The notes beneath the pieces are model-generated. The model did no database searches, was not told the origin of the DNA, and was given only the letters and a program-made list of their open reading frames with translations. The translations under genes were made by a program, and so were the position numbers. A DNA stretch of 64,000 nucleotides from contig NC_042998.1 of NCBI RefSeq assembly GCF_006345805.1, positions 117,304,001 to 117,368,000 of the forward strand, in the 5' to 3' direction. This document shows, one piece after another, positions 39,511 to 54,775 of this stretch (its first letter is position 1; every line of letters begins with the position of its first letter). The DNA comes from Octopus sinensis (lineage: Eukaryota).

Positions 39511-41700
39511 TTGCGGCCCGGGACCAACTCAGCGAAAAAGAATATATACGGTATGTTTACGTACGGATTGTTTACGTTTGCTTTAGGGTGTAGCACGCCA
39601 TGCATGGTCATCAAATTTCTCGTCTTTCTATCCAGCGTTGATATTTCCTCCTTAGTCCATTTGAAGATGGACGCACTTTATCTGTCCATTGCAACTGTCG
39701 AAATATTCATTGCGGTAATCAATTTTTTTGGCATTCAACACCATCTTCACCCTTCTTTGTTACCCATCGCTGACATTGACTTTCATTTCCCTGTGTAGAA
39801 TGTCATCCAGCTCCAAAATACCTAAATATCTATACCCACTACCGTCGGATTCACCCATGGTCTCTTCTGATGGTAATCGCAGTCCTCTAAATGATGGCTT
39901 CTTAACCTATTTTCATATTAAGTACTGAGCATTTCGTAATCCCAAATTTCATACCGATATGACTACCATACTTCTGGACAGTTTTCGTTACGGAATATAT
40001 CTGCTTTTTCTGATTTCCCAAAACATATCAGGTCATCCATAAACAGAAGATGGTTCAATGATGGGTCTTTCTTCCCACATCGGTGACCAATCTTAACTTT
40101 CTTAAGTGCTATTGTTATGGGTATTAGTGCAATTACAAATAGTAACAGAAAACGAGTCACCTTGGAAGATATCCCTTCTAATATTCACTTCCCCAACAAA
40201 TACATTACTTGAGTACAATTTGATTTTCCACTCTTCATGCTATGCATCAGAAAATTTGTGATGTTATCAGCAACACCAACATCCGCAGGTATTCAACGAT
40301 CCAAGAATAAGGCAACATATATGCTTTCTTAAAGTCCCTCCAAGCCACAAACATGTTTGTATGCTGCCTTTTATAATGCCTCAAAACTGTTTTATCGATG
40401 ACCATGTGATCCACTGTACTCTGAGAACTCTTCCAACACCGGCTTTGTTCCCTTGGTAGTATTTCTTCTGTACCAGGAAAGTATGAGTCTCTGCTGCACA
40501 TATTCCAGTGAGTAACTTCCAGATTATGGTTAGGCATGCTATGGGACGATAGTTTCTCACAATATTTCCCTTTCTTCTATAATTCATTACAAATGTTGTC
40601 CTTCCAATCACCATCCACGAGGAGACTGCACCATTCTGGATGCATTCAGTTGGGTTGCTAGTCTTTCATGCTAAAGGTCATGAATCCCATTTGCACCTGG
40701 GGCTGTCCAGTTAGGCGCTTACCGCTTGCTCTTTTACGTCACCCATGCTTATGACAATAGTCCTTTGTTTCTTTTCATATTGTTTCCCCATATTCTGCTA
40801 CAGACCTTCTTGGCTTGATTTGCATCAGGGGCAACATTTTCTCCATTCTCTCCTAACGTTCAGAAGAATTGCTTCGGAATACTTTTGAACAATCTGTCCT
40901 CCTCGAACTGCTTATTTATGTTCACAGATCTTCTGAGCTTCTGGCTTTCTGACATGATCCTCTCTTTTAACTCTATTTCTGCATCATCCCCATTCTTCCG
41001 TATTTTATATTTCTTTAATTTTTCTCGATCAGTCTTTTTCCCATTTTTTATGTTCCCTCTTAACCATTGTTCACTTTTTCCTTGCCCGCGTTATGTCTCT
41101 TTCAATGCGTTGTTGCCACCACGATTCTTTTGCTCCACCATTTTCTGTTTCCTGAAGTTGTAATTCCTCCTCAGCAAGTAGTGAAATAGCTCGGAGAATA
41201 TTCCTTGTTTGTGTTATGTCCTCCGTCTGGATGTATAGTATGACAGTATTTATCTTTTCTGTTTCTTTATTTCACATACTCCTATCTACACTTCTCATAT
41301 CCATGGCGATTTTTCTTCCGGATCATTCATCAACTCTGTGAGTCGTCTTTGAATCTCAAGCAATTCATTATGTACTTAAATCATTTCCACTGCATATCCA
41401 CCCATCAGAGTATCGGAGTTCACTGTATAATGCTCCTGTTCCTCATCCTTAACAGTCTACTCTCTCCCTTGTTTCAACTTCTACCTCTCCCCGACCATCC
41501 TTTGTAGTTCATCCGCTAGGTCTACTTGGGCAGTGACATTTGTAGAGGGGCCTTCCCCGTCGGAGGTAACTTTTCCGCTGATCATCGTCTCTTGTTGTTT
41601 GCTATTTTTCGCATTTTAAGCTGCTTAGCCCCACAGATAGAAGTTAGCTTTTATCTGTTTCCGAGCATATCTCTTATCTCTCTTTTTGCATCAACAAATT
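39510..41700 (-). mobile_element. Degraded R4/Dong-like element (RT and N-terminal region)
   Basis: Minus-strand NYRPIACL, WRDFKKAY, LNHLLFMDDL, and WTKEEISTLDRKTRNLMTMHGVLHPKANV. Confidence 0.8.
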
Positions 41701-43577
41701 TAAAATGAGACTTGTTACATTTTGCATCAACTGTCATTACTATGTCTCTACTATATCTTGTTTATGTACTAGACGTACTGGTGCATGTGCGAATTATATA
41801 AATATTACATTTATGTGTATCTGTATAGAGATGATATTACATATACGATTATCTTTTGTACTTGTATTGTTCTTCTGTAGCAACATTATTTTAATCCATG
41901 CACAGGAAAGTCTCATTACCGCATGTTGCTTATATTATCACACGCTTGTTTTTCAGCGACAACATGTCTGACAGTATCTATATTTCATATATGACAGAAA
42001 TATTTCGATATCCTAATCTAATTTACATTAGGGACCACTTTTTTTTCTTTCTTAAATTTGGTGTTTCATAAATCCTGTTTGCCGATGATCACATTTTTAA
42101 TCGAGCACCGCAAGGAGCTCGCTCGTACACGTCCGTCATGTTTCGTTATTCGCTGCAGAATTTTATTATTATTATTGTTGTTGTTGTTATTGTTGTTACT
42201 AATATTGCTACTATTGTCAGTGGTTTACTCTCTTGTAACTGATCTTTCATAATATTCTTAACGACTTGTCAAAGATGTTCACTTGGTAGATACTACAAGA
42301 CAGTTAAGTTATATGGTCTTCTAAGTTCATCTGGACTTCTATGTTCCGAGGGGTACAAATAAAGGTTATCTACCTTAACAAAGAATTATTAAGTTGGAGC
42401 AGTGGTTGCATGGTGTATGGAAGAAAGCAGATTAACGCTGTTGTGGGTGGATGTAGCAAGTATCAAAATAAGATAAGGGATATCGGACGGAGAACTTAAG
42501 TAGAGAATAATGGTAAAAATGGCAAAAGTCTGAAAATACGAATAAACAACCAACCGAAATAATCAATATCATCTTTATGCATCAAAGAAGTGGTGTCTAT
42601 TTTCTATTCGTGAAGGAGACACGAGGAAATAACTTATACCCAAATTCTGCAGCAATCAAGTGATCGAGAATTAAATTTAGTAAAAGAATTCCCACACACC
42701 GGTGATAGCACACGACGGATAATGCAATGAACAATTACACCAAAATTTTTCAGGGACCGAAATATTACCATAACAAAAGTAGTTACTGAAAAGCAATGGA
42801 ATATGTACAACATCGGAAAGCTGCTGCGCCGGAGATTTTATCTCGTGACTTAAAACTTTTACGAGTCTCCCTAAATGTATAGGGACACAACTAATTGAGT
42901 TCAAAGGAAAGGGAAAGTCCCACTGCACTTAACAGAAGGAAGAACTAGTGTAACACTCTAAGGCAAGTTATCAACAATGTACATGTGTACTACATACAAC
43001 GTCTGATAGGGTTAAATGCAGAAAAGTGATATTGACACTGATTTATGAGAAACATATAACGCCTGATATGCACAAAAGAAAATTGTCGAAAAACGTGTGT
43101 GCTAAGGAAATACGAAGTAGTGATCGACCGCTTGGACTTCGAGAATTGTAGAGAGAGGTAGATTATAGTATGCAGTGCGTAGAGTACTGCAAACAAGCGT
43201 ACAACCTAGTCTCACAACCATGCAAGATCTTGGAAAGGTTTAGTTTACTGAGTGAAAATGTTTATAAGATCTAAATTTCGAAAGAGGACAAATCCTCCCG
43301 AATTTGTAACTGCTCAGATACATTGTTGTCCATATTAAAGGAAACTAGAAGGAGAAAGAGCACTCGGTGGGAAAGATATGAAGAATAGTGAATCATCTAC
43401 TACATTAGGAGTGTTAAAGCTTTATAATGAATGTAAGAATTATACCTACATGTAAACAGTAACAACGTTCATTAACGGCACTGTGATAGATTTCGAAATC
43501 AAGAAATGCGCTGTGAAAACGAGGATCAATGGAAACTCATAATAATGTATTAAAGGAGATTTGCGTAATAATTCTTT

Positions 43578-43740
43578 CTATTTTAAGCATAAAGACTGGA
43601 ATTTTTGGAGGGTTAGTCGATTACATCACCGCGAGTACTTGACTGATATTTCATGTTATCGACATCGAAATGATGGAAAGTAATATCGACTTTGGTGACA
43701 TTTGAACCCAAAACGTAATTGCAAAACAAATGCTGCTAAG
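43578..43740 (+). mobile_element. Degraded SINE-like repeat
   Basis: agtcgatta.atcacc...tatcgac..cgaaa.gatg.aa.g.aa..tcgac.ttgg.g..atttgaac.ca.aacgtaa; recognised from recall of cephalopod repeats, not searched. Confidence 0.45.
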
Positions 43741-45903
43741 CAGTTTGTTTACTCACCAGAATTTGAGTTGGCAAATAAGCATATGCCCTTGTTAAATACA
43801 GAAGAAATATATAAGATATAGTGAAACGACAAAACGATAAGTATAGAAATTAAGGAAAAGTGTTTTAAATCTGAAAGGAATACGGTACACATCATACAAG
43901 CAATGAAACCGAGGGCAACATCATTATTAAAGCATAAAACATGAATTATTAAATTAGGACAGGATAAGCTCGTGCATATGGGCAGGACAAAAAAGAAAGC
44001 AAGTCACAATTTAGAGAGGCATGTATATACGAACCGGTTTTGCATGGAAAAAAGTCGAAGGAAGACCCTTAGTAACTGTGGAAACAGTGGAGCTCGATGA
44101 AAGAGTTGTAGACTCCTAACTAGCAGACAAAGATGCACGCGTTAAAAATTGTAACGAGTAGAGGAATAATTGTAGAATATAAATAGCCCAAAAGGTAGGA
44201 AAAAGTAAATGAAACATTGAGGAAAGATTTTATTCACACTTTTACAAAAAGGAAAGTAACATAAAGGAGAAAAGATAATGGGATTGATTTCGTTAGCAGA
44301 GAAACAGGTCCGATGAAAAATTTGGAACCAGGCAATGAGGGATCCTTATAAAGGGTCACCCAAATGTAGATCAATTGCAGCCTTTCCTGAAATAAAAGAT
44401 AATGCATTATAACTACTATACTTTAAACTTAAATGTAAATGTCATTCGAGAAAAAGTATTTATCTCGAACTATTTATCTTTACAAAATATATCTGGAACA
44501 TATTGTAAAATATTGTAAAATATTCTCGTTAACAAAATTCATAGGAGAAGTATTGCATATAACTGATTCCCTCCACCCCCAGAGTCATTTAATTTCAAAT
44601 AGAATTTTATAAAGATTATGGCCAACTTAATTGCATCCATTTCGAAACTAAAATTCTGAAGAGGATTGTTTCATGCTTCTGAGAGATATCTATAATCCTC
44701 TACAATAAAATTATATTTCTTTGAAAAAGGATAAGTTTACCAATAAAATCTTGAAGTCAGTAATAAAAAGGTTTGATGTCACGCAAATTTCTTCAATTAC
44801 AATTAAATATTAACCTCTTGGAGATATGGGCTTATTTAGGAAGTGATATTTAAAAAATATAATCCTCAAATAAGTGTACTTATACTTTAAACATCCATGT
44901 TTTACCACTTAATGATTTGATAGTAGTGCATATCATCACTACACTTCACACATTAAAATTGTTTTTCCAATGATGAGGGTTTATTACATTCCTTCATTAC
45001 ATTTTGCAAAATTCGACTCGGGTATGGATGTATCAGCAGACGCATTTCAAAATTTCACACATTTTTTACAGTTGCATGTAATAACACATCTCATAAACTT
45101 ACTCAAATTAAGTGAATATTCTTGATATTCTTGTTCATTTCTGTCCCTAGATATCTTCCAATGTTCTGGTAATCTTATTCTCTGAACTTTAGCACTTTAT
45201 TTTCATCGATGCAAATCAAATTCTTTTGTTCTCTAAAATATCCGAAAACTCAATAGTTCTTGGAGTATTGAAAATGGCACAAAGAACTGTAAACAGGATA
45301 TTTTTTCAATGAATATAGCGACAATAAATAAAGCTAGAATCTTTAAACTTAACGTAATTTCTTCAAGATTTAGAAAACTTATCTTGCATTTGAAATGTGA
45401 AACGGTAATAAGAGAGGAAAAAATATGTCCACAGTGTTTCTGACTCATTGATATCTCCGTCAAACGTTGGCTGTGAAACAAATTAAGGACATATCTATTC
45501 TGCATTGATAGGCTTTTAATGAATAATATTTTTATGGCAGAATGGTTTTAGTGTCTTATTTACGCGAATATTTATTGAGTTGTACTTTGTGTGCCGTAGT
45601 GGGATGCTTTGTAGGGTGAGTTAGAATATTTTTATTTTCTTGTTTTGAGGAAATATTTATTTTTAGCGTGTTTTGGCTCGGATATCAAGTGGTATATTAT
45701 TGTTTATTTGTAATTTGGGTTTGTATAATGGTGTGCCTGTGTACACACACATCGCATATATGTGACCATCTCAGGCTTTTAAACTTTATTTTGTGATATA
45801 TCGTTGTTGTGAGTGTATGGATATGTTTTTGTGTTTTGTTTAGAAGATTTTATATGTTTCAAACCGTGCATGTGTCTCAATGTGTCGAATGTATGGCTAT
45901 GGG

Positions 45904-46096
45904 ATTTCGGTATTTATTTTGAGTTTGAAGTTTATTTATTAATTTGAAGTAATATCGGTTTTTAATGGAATTTGTTTGGAGCCTGTATCGGGATATTATT
46001 TCGGTATTTATTTTGAGTTTGAAGTTTATTTATTAATTTGAAGTACTATCGGTTTTTAATGGAATTTGTTTGGAGCCTGTATTGGGATATTATTTC
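45904..46096. repeat. 94-bp tandem duplication (2 copies)
   Basis: atttcggtatttattttgagtttgaag... starts at 45904 and 45998; the copies are nearly identical. Confidence 0.9.
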
Positions 46097-49000
46097 ATTA
46101 CCCTTGCTTGCTCATATAATCTGTAATAACGAGCCCTATCCACACCATGCTATGCTAGCAAATCGCAAATTAATTAAAACCAGACCATTTTACCCAACAT
46201 TGATAGAATACAATTCAAAAATAATAAAATAACCTAAACTACAAATGACGGCAGAAAAATAAAAGACGATCAATAAAGAAACGCAATGATGTGAACGAAC
46301 TCAATTACTAGAAAACCCTCACACCACAAGCTACAAGAAATATAGGCACGGCGCTTCATGCAATAAACTTAATAACTAAAGAACAGGCCTGAGAAAATGG
46401 TACCTAATCGATATAGGATTAACATAAAACAATTGAAAATAAACCAGCACCAAAATACATACACATAATGAGTATATTACTATATAACTAACAGCATGTT
46501 ATTACAGCTCTCATCTGAAAATCGCAGTGGCGTGAAATTCGAATCGTGAGGCAGATATTGAGTTTCAGATTTAATAAATTTCATAACACCCTACAGGAAA
46601 TGAGAACACAGCTCTTATTCATATAATGTAAATCAAAGTGCAACCACAAGAGCGAGCGCAAACGCACACACACAGGCATACACACACATGTATGCATACA
46701 CGCACAAACACAAGCACGCACAAATACACATATGATCCAATGAAAAGAAGAACACAAGCAAAATTCTTTAACACATGTTTAATTATAAATTACACATTTC
46801 CGTGTCATCTCCATGTGCAACGTTAGTTTATGCCAAAATTCTAGAAAAAAATATAACGTAATATTTGCGGCTTTAAGCATTGTTAGACGTCGTCAGACTT
46901 GCATCAAACTCATGGTATTACATTGTGCGTCTATCAGATCTTGTTATGAAAGTATCGGGAGGAAATAAAACAGAAAAAATTAAAAGTGTGTATACAGGTT
47001 GGGTCTCTGTGGAAGAAATTATGTAGGAGGAGAGGGCATTAAGAGGGTAGATACGTATAATGATATGAGGGGAAACTGGAAGGAGTGAGCGCATATTTAT
47101 GTTGCAGATAGCACCGAAAATACACGTGCTAACAACTTATACGGTGGATTTGAAAATTATAACGTAGCAAGTATTTTCGGTGCTATTTGATGCATAAATA
47201 TGCATTAATTTTAGAGCCCTCACTGAAGAAGTTCGGATGGCAAATTAATTTATTTTGCATATTGATACAGACACTCGAGTCTGAGGGTAACTACAAAAAT
47301 TATTTTTTTTATTTTCATTCCCTTTGAAATTCCTCTTATTCGTGGTTTAGGCTTTAGCTGCCCTTTCTAGCATGTAGAGTGTCCCGTTAAAAGTCACCTC
47401 TTTCGTGTATAAATACACGAGTTGTTACTACACTATTATATATGAAAATATGTCGTCTATTGAATTTATTGCGCATGCTAGCCACCGATACGAAAATGTT
47501 TCTAAGTTTTCTACCCTTATTATTTTCACAGTATATGTGAAAGAGAAAGAGAAAGAGATACAGACAGTGATTGACAGAGAGAGAGAGAGAGAGAGTGAGA
47601 GAGAGAGAGAGAGAGAGAGATGACTGTGTTGGTTATGTATGTGTGCTTGTGTACTGTAAATAATCATTGTAGTTTTTGTATGGACATATTTGGATGTCTT
47701 AACTGGCACAATGTAGGTATTTAGAAAATGGCAATTTTCTAATTTGTCGTTGTATTTCTCTGGTTATTATTAACCCCACCTGATATATTTGATAAGAAAG
47801 ACCAGATCGGAGAATTCTCAACAGTATAAGAGGAAGTTGAGACTTTTCTAAATCACTTGTATAATTTATTAAGAAAATTGCTACCTTTCATTAAATGCTA
47901 CATTTATTTTATTTTGAATTGTTTTCGTTCGCTTCATTTTCGCTAGTTACACTCAAATTCTTGATATATGATTTGGGCAATGATTGGTCAAGCAACTGAG
48001 TGAAACTTTGGGTGATACACATTATGCACATGTAATTATATTTCTATTTTCACTCTTTTATTCAAATATAATCCCCTAGCTCAGGCTCATTGTATTGCTT
48101 TATACTAATTTCAATTTTAGATATTAGATTATACTGCAGCCATATTCATATTCTCTTCATTTAATTGGTACACATTTGGCACGATGCTATAACGCTTCCG
48201 AAATGATACTATACTTCTATTCCACTAAGTGAATTGGTTTAGATGTCCAGCACATTAAGATATTACGTATATAATCGGTTACCTGTTTGTAGTAGGTTCT
48301 CAGTAAAGGCCCTTATGCTGTTATTTCCAAATGAAATTGTTCAATTTACATGAAATTGCCCATAAATATCTCCGCTGGTTGCTTAATTTGTGTCATTTGT
48401 TTCAGATCCTTCATTGGTTTTATGTGTTTCTGAATTGCAAGATAATGCTTGCAATTCCTGTGCAAAACCTTGAAATGTGCATGGATAACTCATTTCCTCC
48501 TTTCTTTCATCTATTTTTACGTTTACATCCAATTATTTATTTCAGCTAATGCACTTTTTAAATGAATATATAGCTCTTTGTATTCAGGTGACCTATATAG
48601 AAATAGAAGACAGAAGTATAGATTTATTAATAAATAGTTTGCTACTAAACTAGTTTGTGCATGTATTGGCTCGACTGTATATCTCCTGAGGACATTATAT
48701 TTTACCCTAACGTTGATTCAACTGAATCCTGCTAAAGAAAATTGTCTGGGTGAAAATAGTGTGAAAGATTAACGGAGCGCGAATAGTATTTTAACTATAA
48801 AATCTTGCCTTTGTGTGTCACCGCAGAATAGATTCTGTTGAAATCAAACAGTTGGTTTTTGGTCTGCTAATAGCAAACATATTTCTGCATTCTCCACGGG
48901 TTCGGATGCTCGGATTAAGTTCATGGGAGCTTCTCTTTTGAACCTGATTAAGTGATAGAATCATTCGTAAAGCTCCTAAAATTCTACTTTATCACGCACA

Positions 49001-52000
49001 CATATATACTTTTATTTAAATATGCGTCTAATAAATGGTTTGTCAGTGTTTTTGCATTCAGAGTTAAGTTAATTCAGTTTACCGTAATTCTTAATCCATA
49101 CTTGCATTGGATATACTGTATTTTTCTCTTTGTCGAAACTCGCGTAATGCCTTGATATTTCGCTGAAATATGTAGAATAGTTCCTTTAATGTTCGTTATC
49201 AACGTAGAATGCCATAATCTACAAAGGAGTTATTTCTTTCTTTCATTCAGCATTTGCATCCCTGTTCAAAAGTCAATTTTTATACATAATAGAAATAGGT
49301 AGAACTAAACGAATTCGTCACAGGCTTTCATATGACTACGTGGATAGCAATGCATTGTGGAAATAACCGTGTGCAAAACAAACTTTACAAGTGACGTTGT
49401 TCAATAAAATGCTGCTCCGTGTTTTCCATGGAGATTCCTCATGGCAGTAAAAGGATTGCATTTCCCATGTATTATCGAGAAATTAATTAATTAAATAATT
49501 AATTAATTCACAGATAGAATTCTCAAAGTCGTTCGTAACACGATTGTTATTTACGTTTGTTGTGTTACGTATTTAAATGTTTCTAAATGTTTGTCGTGTT
49601 TCTCTATGTTTGTGTCTGAGTGTGCGTGCTCAGTTGTACATGTAATTTTCTGTACCTCTATGTTTTTTGTTTTAGTTTCATTTACGAACACACGCATTCA
49701 TACACATTTCATACTCATTTATATATATTAGTATATACATTTATTGTTGCTATCGCCGTTGGTTGTTTCTCTTGGATTGCTCTTATTACACTATAGATTT
49801 CTTTGACAGGAACGCGTTTCAATCTGTTGTTATTTATATCATTATTGTGGGGGTTAGTTATTATAAAATAGATTTTATCGAGTTTAACCGTCCATAATTT
49901 ATTTCAACATCGGGGCATATTTTACTTGAGTATACACACATTCCCACGTGCAAAGTTGTTGATATATCTAGGTCCGAGTACCTGCGCAATTGTAGTTATA
50001 ATATTGTATACATATAAGTGCAATCAATAATAGCACGGGCTACCACAAACACATACATATAATTATAATATACATTTTCTTACACTTTATTACACCATAT
50101 ACACTATAACATTTATCAAATTCTTATATCTATGTAATGGATGCTCGGTTTGAGGGGAGTCCTTACTTCAGAAGATAATGATTTGGTCTTATTGGAATTC
50201 TAGGCTCAAATGAAACTGCCTGGCCTGAGTTGACAACGCATAACATTGTCCCCTATGGGGTACGGATCAGAGGTGTATTTTTGGTACTTTCCACTTTTTC
50301 TTATGTACTGGTTGGTTTCAGCAGCTATTGGTGACAATTCCCACGTGGTACTTGTAATTTCAGAGACAAGCGTTTTAAAGTTTATATGACTATATACTAT
50401 TGCAACTTACGGAATGATAAAAATTTACTCGATGAAGAAAAGTTCAACTACTACAGCCAGTGCACAACAATGGAATACAAAATTAGTTACGAATTTAGTT
50501 TTACCTAAGTAGAAACGAAATGATATAAGACTAGCGATGGCGACAAGATTAAAAGTGTACAACATCGGTTCTCACGGAGTTAAATCGGAGCAGTGTTCAT
50601 TAGAGAATTCTCAGGTGGAGGATTACGTAAAGTATCCTTTTGACTAAAGTGTAATTTATTTTTCAAAACATTTTGCAAGTTATTTAGCAATTTCCAGTTC
50701 CACAATGTTAACCCATCATCCAAAAATAATAAATGGACTAAATGACACTTTGTGGGTGCATATTTGTTTTATCATGTGCATTGAAGTGCCTAAGTAGCTC
50801 CATGGTTACTTAGTTCTAAAATGTTAAACATCTCGACATATCTGCGTGCTTGTAATGAGTTATTGCTTCAAAAACAATCGGAATTCTTTTGTAATGTGTA
50901 GTAGAAATTCTGATAAAGAAGCGTAGAAATATTTGAATAATGTATAAACATTTTCCAACAGATTTATTATTGTTAACAAGCATTTATCCAGACGGTTTTA
51001 CTTTATATCAGTGCCACCAAATACAGCAACTGTTAAATTGCATGCCAAAATTAAATACGAAGGCCCAGGGTGTATTTTCGACTATGGTGTCAACATTCCT
51101 TATCTGTAAATACCCAAATTCAAAATTACTCTTCTTAAAAATACAATTGTTGCTTCAAAGGCTCAGTATCATGAACGTGTAGGAAAGAGGTAGATATTTA
51201 TATATGCATCGAGAAACAAAGTACAAAATGAATACGTATTGATATACAAAGAAGGAGCAAAGTGACTCTTTAAGCTGTGAAGTAAATTGCATTATTCATT
51301 TAGGCTATTCTTGCTAGCATATTTTAACATAGAGGTCAAATTAAAATTTGGAGCCAATTGTCAACTTAATGAAACACTTCACTATAACTAGTATTTTGTG
51401 TGAACATATTTGTATGAACATATTACGAAGTAATAAAAACAAAATTAGTGTACAGCCTCGCAGTATAAAAAGAAAAGATAAGACGAACAACTGATTACTG
51501 AAGTCGATGCTAGACCAGAAATATAGCAACATAATGAAAGTTCATGACCACACTGACGAGGCACGCGTAACATTAAAACGACACAAATTCATGGTTACAG
51601 TGTAAAATCTCCTAAAGATGCACTAGAAAATATGCACCAGTGTAGAATATGCTACTGTTAAAGGAGAATTAACAAATTCAAAAAGACACACAAATTTTGC
51701 TCAAAGAGTATTGGGTATCGTAAAATACTGATTGTTCGGTAAATTTCATACAACGTGGTGGAAAATTGTAACTGAGGGTAAATCAGAACAGAATATTAAT
51801 CGGAAAGGATGGATAAGTAAAAAGAGGAAACGGAAGAACATCTAGACATTTTGTGGCTAGGTATCAAGAAATACATTCAATAAAAATAGCTTATCAACCA
51901 TTTGTTTGTATCTACGAGTTCATACACAAACATAGATAAATAAATAAATAAACAATTTGTTAGAAACGAACATAAAATATTGAAACAGTATGTATATTAT

Positions 52001-54477
52001 TAAAAATTGTAACTTCAGATGACACTCCATTAGAATTATTTCATAAAACGCACTCTGTATAGAAACCCAAAATATTGTTCTAGTGTCAGAATTTATGCAA
52101 CGCGTAATCAATTTTAAGATAAGTGTGTAAACAAAATTGTTTTGTTCGACAGATTGGCGCTCCTATGAACATATTCCTGCCTGGTAGAAAGATAAGCTTG
52201 TAAAATGAAGCTAACCTTCAAAGAAGCCAAGTCTTGTCAGTTCAACTCTCCAACAATACTTTATGTTGCTAGAGATCATAGCTAATACAGACAGTATCAG
52301 CGGAACATAATGGCACTCGAACTGAAATGGCAAAGCTGATTGGATGAAGTATTCCTAAAATAATAACACACTCATACTTGGCACAACTGCACAGAATGGC
52401 AGCTTCATTAACATGTGGTCGAAACATTTGTATTGGTAGTAGTTTACACTTACATCTTCTTAGGCAGATTTCGTTTCAATAAAAAAAACTCGTGGTAGTA
52501 ATTTCATTTACTGATTCTGCAGGATACAAATGGGTTGTTGAGAATTGAAAGTTCTTTTTGTGTTGTACCGTTATCTTTAAGAATTGTATGAAAAGTGATA
52601 TACTAAGGAATCGGCTAGTAATGTGTGTACTAGACCAATATTTTGTGATAGCCTATAACGATCATCAACATTCTCTAAGAAGGTACAATAAACTTTCGAT
52701 AGCATTTCTTGCGATCCTTTAAATGCCAGTTGATAACTGACCATTTATTGCAATTGGAGAAAAGGCTTTCAAGACATAATTAGCGAGTGAAATATCAACA
52801 CAGGTAGAAGAACGAATATTTCCTTGTCTTCTCTTCAGGGAGAATGTTTCATTTGACATATTGTTAAGTCAGTCGCTGGCGTACTCTATGTGGTGCTCGG
52901 CAGAGTTTGACTGCGAACACCAGTGAAGAAGATTTTGACTTAATTGCTGATTAACAGAGAAACCTCTCAGATATTTTGAACTGGGACCAAAAGCCACAAA
53001 TGCATGCCTGTGCGTCATTGTACACTCACTGCATACCTTTAGCATTGCATGCATGTATCAACATCCTTGTAGGTCTACACCACTATGTGCAAGCTTCATT
53101 CGTATCTTAGAGGGTCAACAGTTCCGCTATCTGTGAAGTGTGCAAGTTCATTGAAGATCATTGCATGCGGACACATGTTAGGTAATTGTATCAGTGTTTT
53201 ACACTTCTCATGTCTGGTCGTGTTCGTTTGGTAAATATGTTAAAGACTTCAAGGATTAGGGGCTGAAGAGGAACAGATTGGTAAAGCGGATGCCCATGGA
53301 TACACTATATGCTTGGAAAAATCAATAATGTAACAGTGTAACCTAATCCTAATTGCTATTCCAGAGTTAGACATGGAATCTCGCGGTATGTTGTACAGAC
53401 ACATCGCACAGATATATACCGGAATAAACGTTGCGAAAAAGTCTAAGATTTAAATTGAGAGTTATAGATCTTGATCTAAAAATGATAGTTTCAAGCAGAT
53501 AGTATACAGTACTAAATATTATTAAAACACAAAATAATATATATTCTTTCAGTGATTCACATTGAAATTTGTATAAATTGATATCAAAATATCTTTACGC
53601 AAATTTCTTTGCCAATATGTATAAACTTACCAGAACAATTATATATAAAAAAATATTCACAGATTGTATCTAAACGCTATCATTTTTAGATTCTTCATTT
53701 AAAAAAAAACATCATTCTTAAAAAGTTTTTATGCGGCATCAAATACAATGGAAGATAAAAATAATTTACTCCATTGTTTGAAGTTTAAATTTATTTATTT
53801 CTCAGTTCTTTTTTTTTCTGATTAAACACTGTCGCAGCAGATTCTAACCAGATTCTTCGAATTCTCTAATTTAGTCGAGAATAACATAGCTTGTTAATAT
53901 TTTTTTACTTATAATAAACGGTGCTGATAACTGTAACATTAAGTTTAGAGCAGACAATGTGTCCATTATCTGTCACCTGAGTCGATTCATTTAGATGCAA
54001 TTACTTGCAATATATTGGTAGATGTTGCTAATGCAAGTATAAAAAACCCATGCATATGTATATATTCCGAGTTCATATTTTGCATCTAGCATTGGTTAGA
54101 TAAGCAAGAAAGATTTCATATCTATTGGAACAAATAGAAGGATTTGGAATCTTAAACAGCATTTAGTTAAACTGAACAGTCAGTCTTCTTTATTTTAGCA
54201 AAACTAAGTGGTTTGGTTTCGGTTCCAGTTTTTTTTTGCACTATTGAAGGATTTCGGAAGAGCTGTGGCAAAACATTGTGCCTGATGTGAGATGAAGTTT
54301 TACTGGAACAGTTAATAATCTAGCTGATGTAACATTTTGAATCTAGTATTGTTTCTTTGTCGGCGATGAGAGGTGGTATGTTTGTGAGAGATTTTAAAGA
54401 TTTTTTTATGAATGAAATTGCGCGCCATTTCGTTGTCATTCTTATTTGTGATTATCACAGATGAGGTTTACACAAAG

Positions 54478-54775
54478 TAAAGGACATTGTTCAGTGATTA
54501 GAGCATCGGACTTAAAATCAGGTGGTTTTAAGTTCGATTCCCTGAGGGGGCTGTGTGATGTGTTATTGAGCAAAACACTTACTTATCCGTCATTCCAGTT
54601 CATTGAGCTGTAGAAATGAGATGCGATGTCATCGGTGACGTGGAGAGAATAGACCGGCTTGCATAGGCGACTGCTGATCTTCTACAGACAAGCTTGCCGG
54701 AAACTGTGTCTCGGAGGGGATCTTTTTAGATGGAATCGCGAGGTCATTCGCGACTGAGGTGATTTTTACCCTTTA
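54478..54775 (+). mobile_element. tRNA-derived SINE (~300 bp)
   Basis: A-box-like tcagtgattagagc and B-box-like aagttcgattccc, followed by gagcaaaacactt and a conserved-looking body. Confidence 0.6.

Noticed and set aside
42250-44900. Possible ancient CR1 and Tc1-like remnants
   Set aside because: Only scattered partial motifs; too decayed to support boundaries or class by eye.
47221-47250. CTGAAGAAG...AAATTAATT hammerhead-like string
   Set aside because: Stem II is poor, G12 is missing and there is no stem I partner.
48851-48955. AFSTGSDARIKF peptide resembling a WD40 repeat near an AG acceptor
   Set aside because: An in-frame stop lies between the acceptor and the motif and there is no donor; likely chance.
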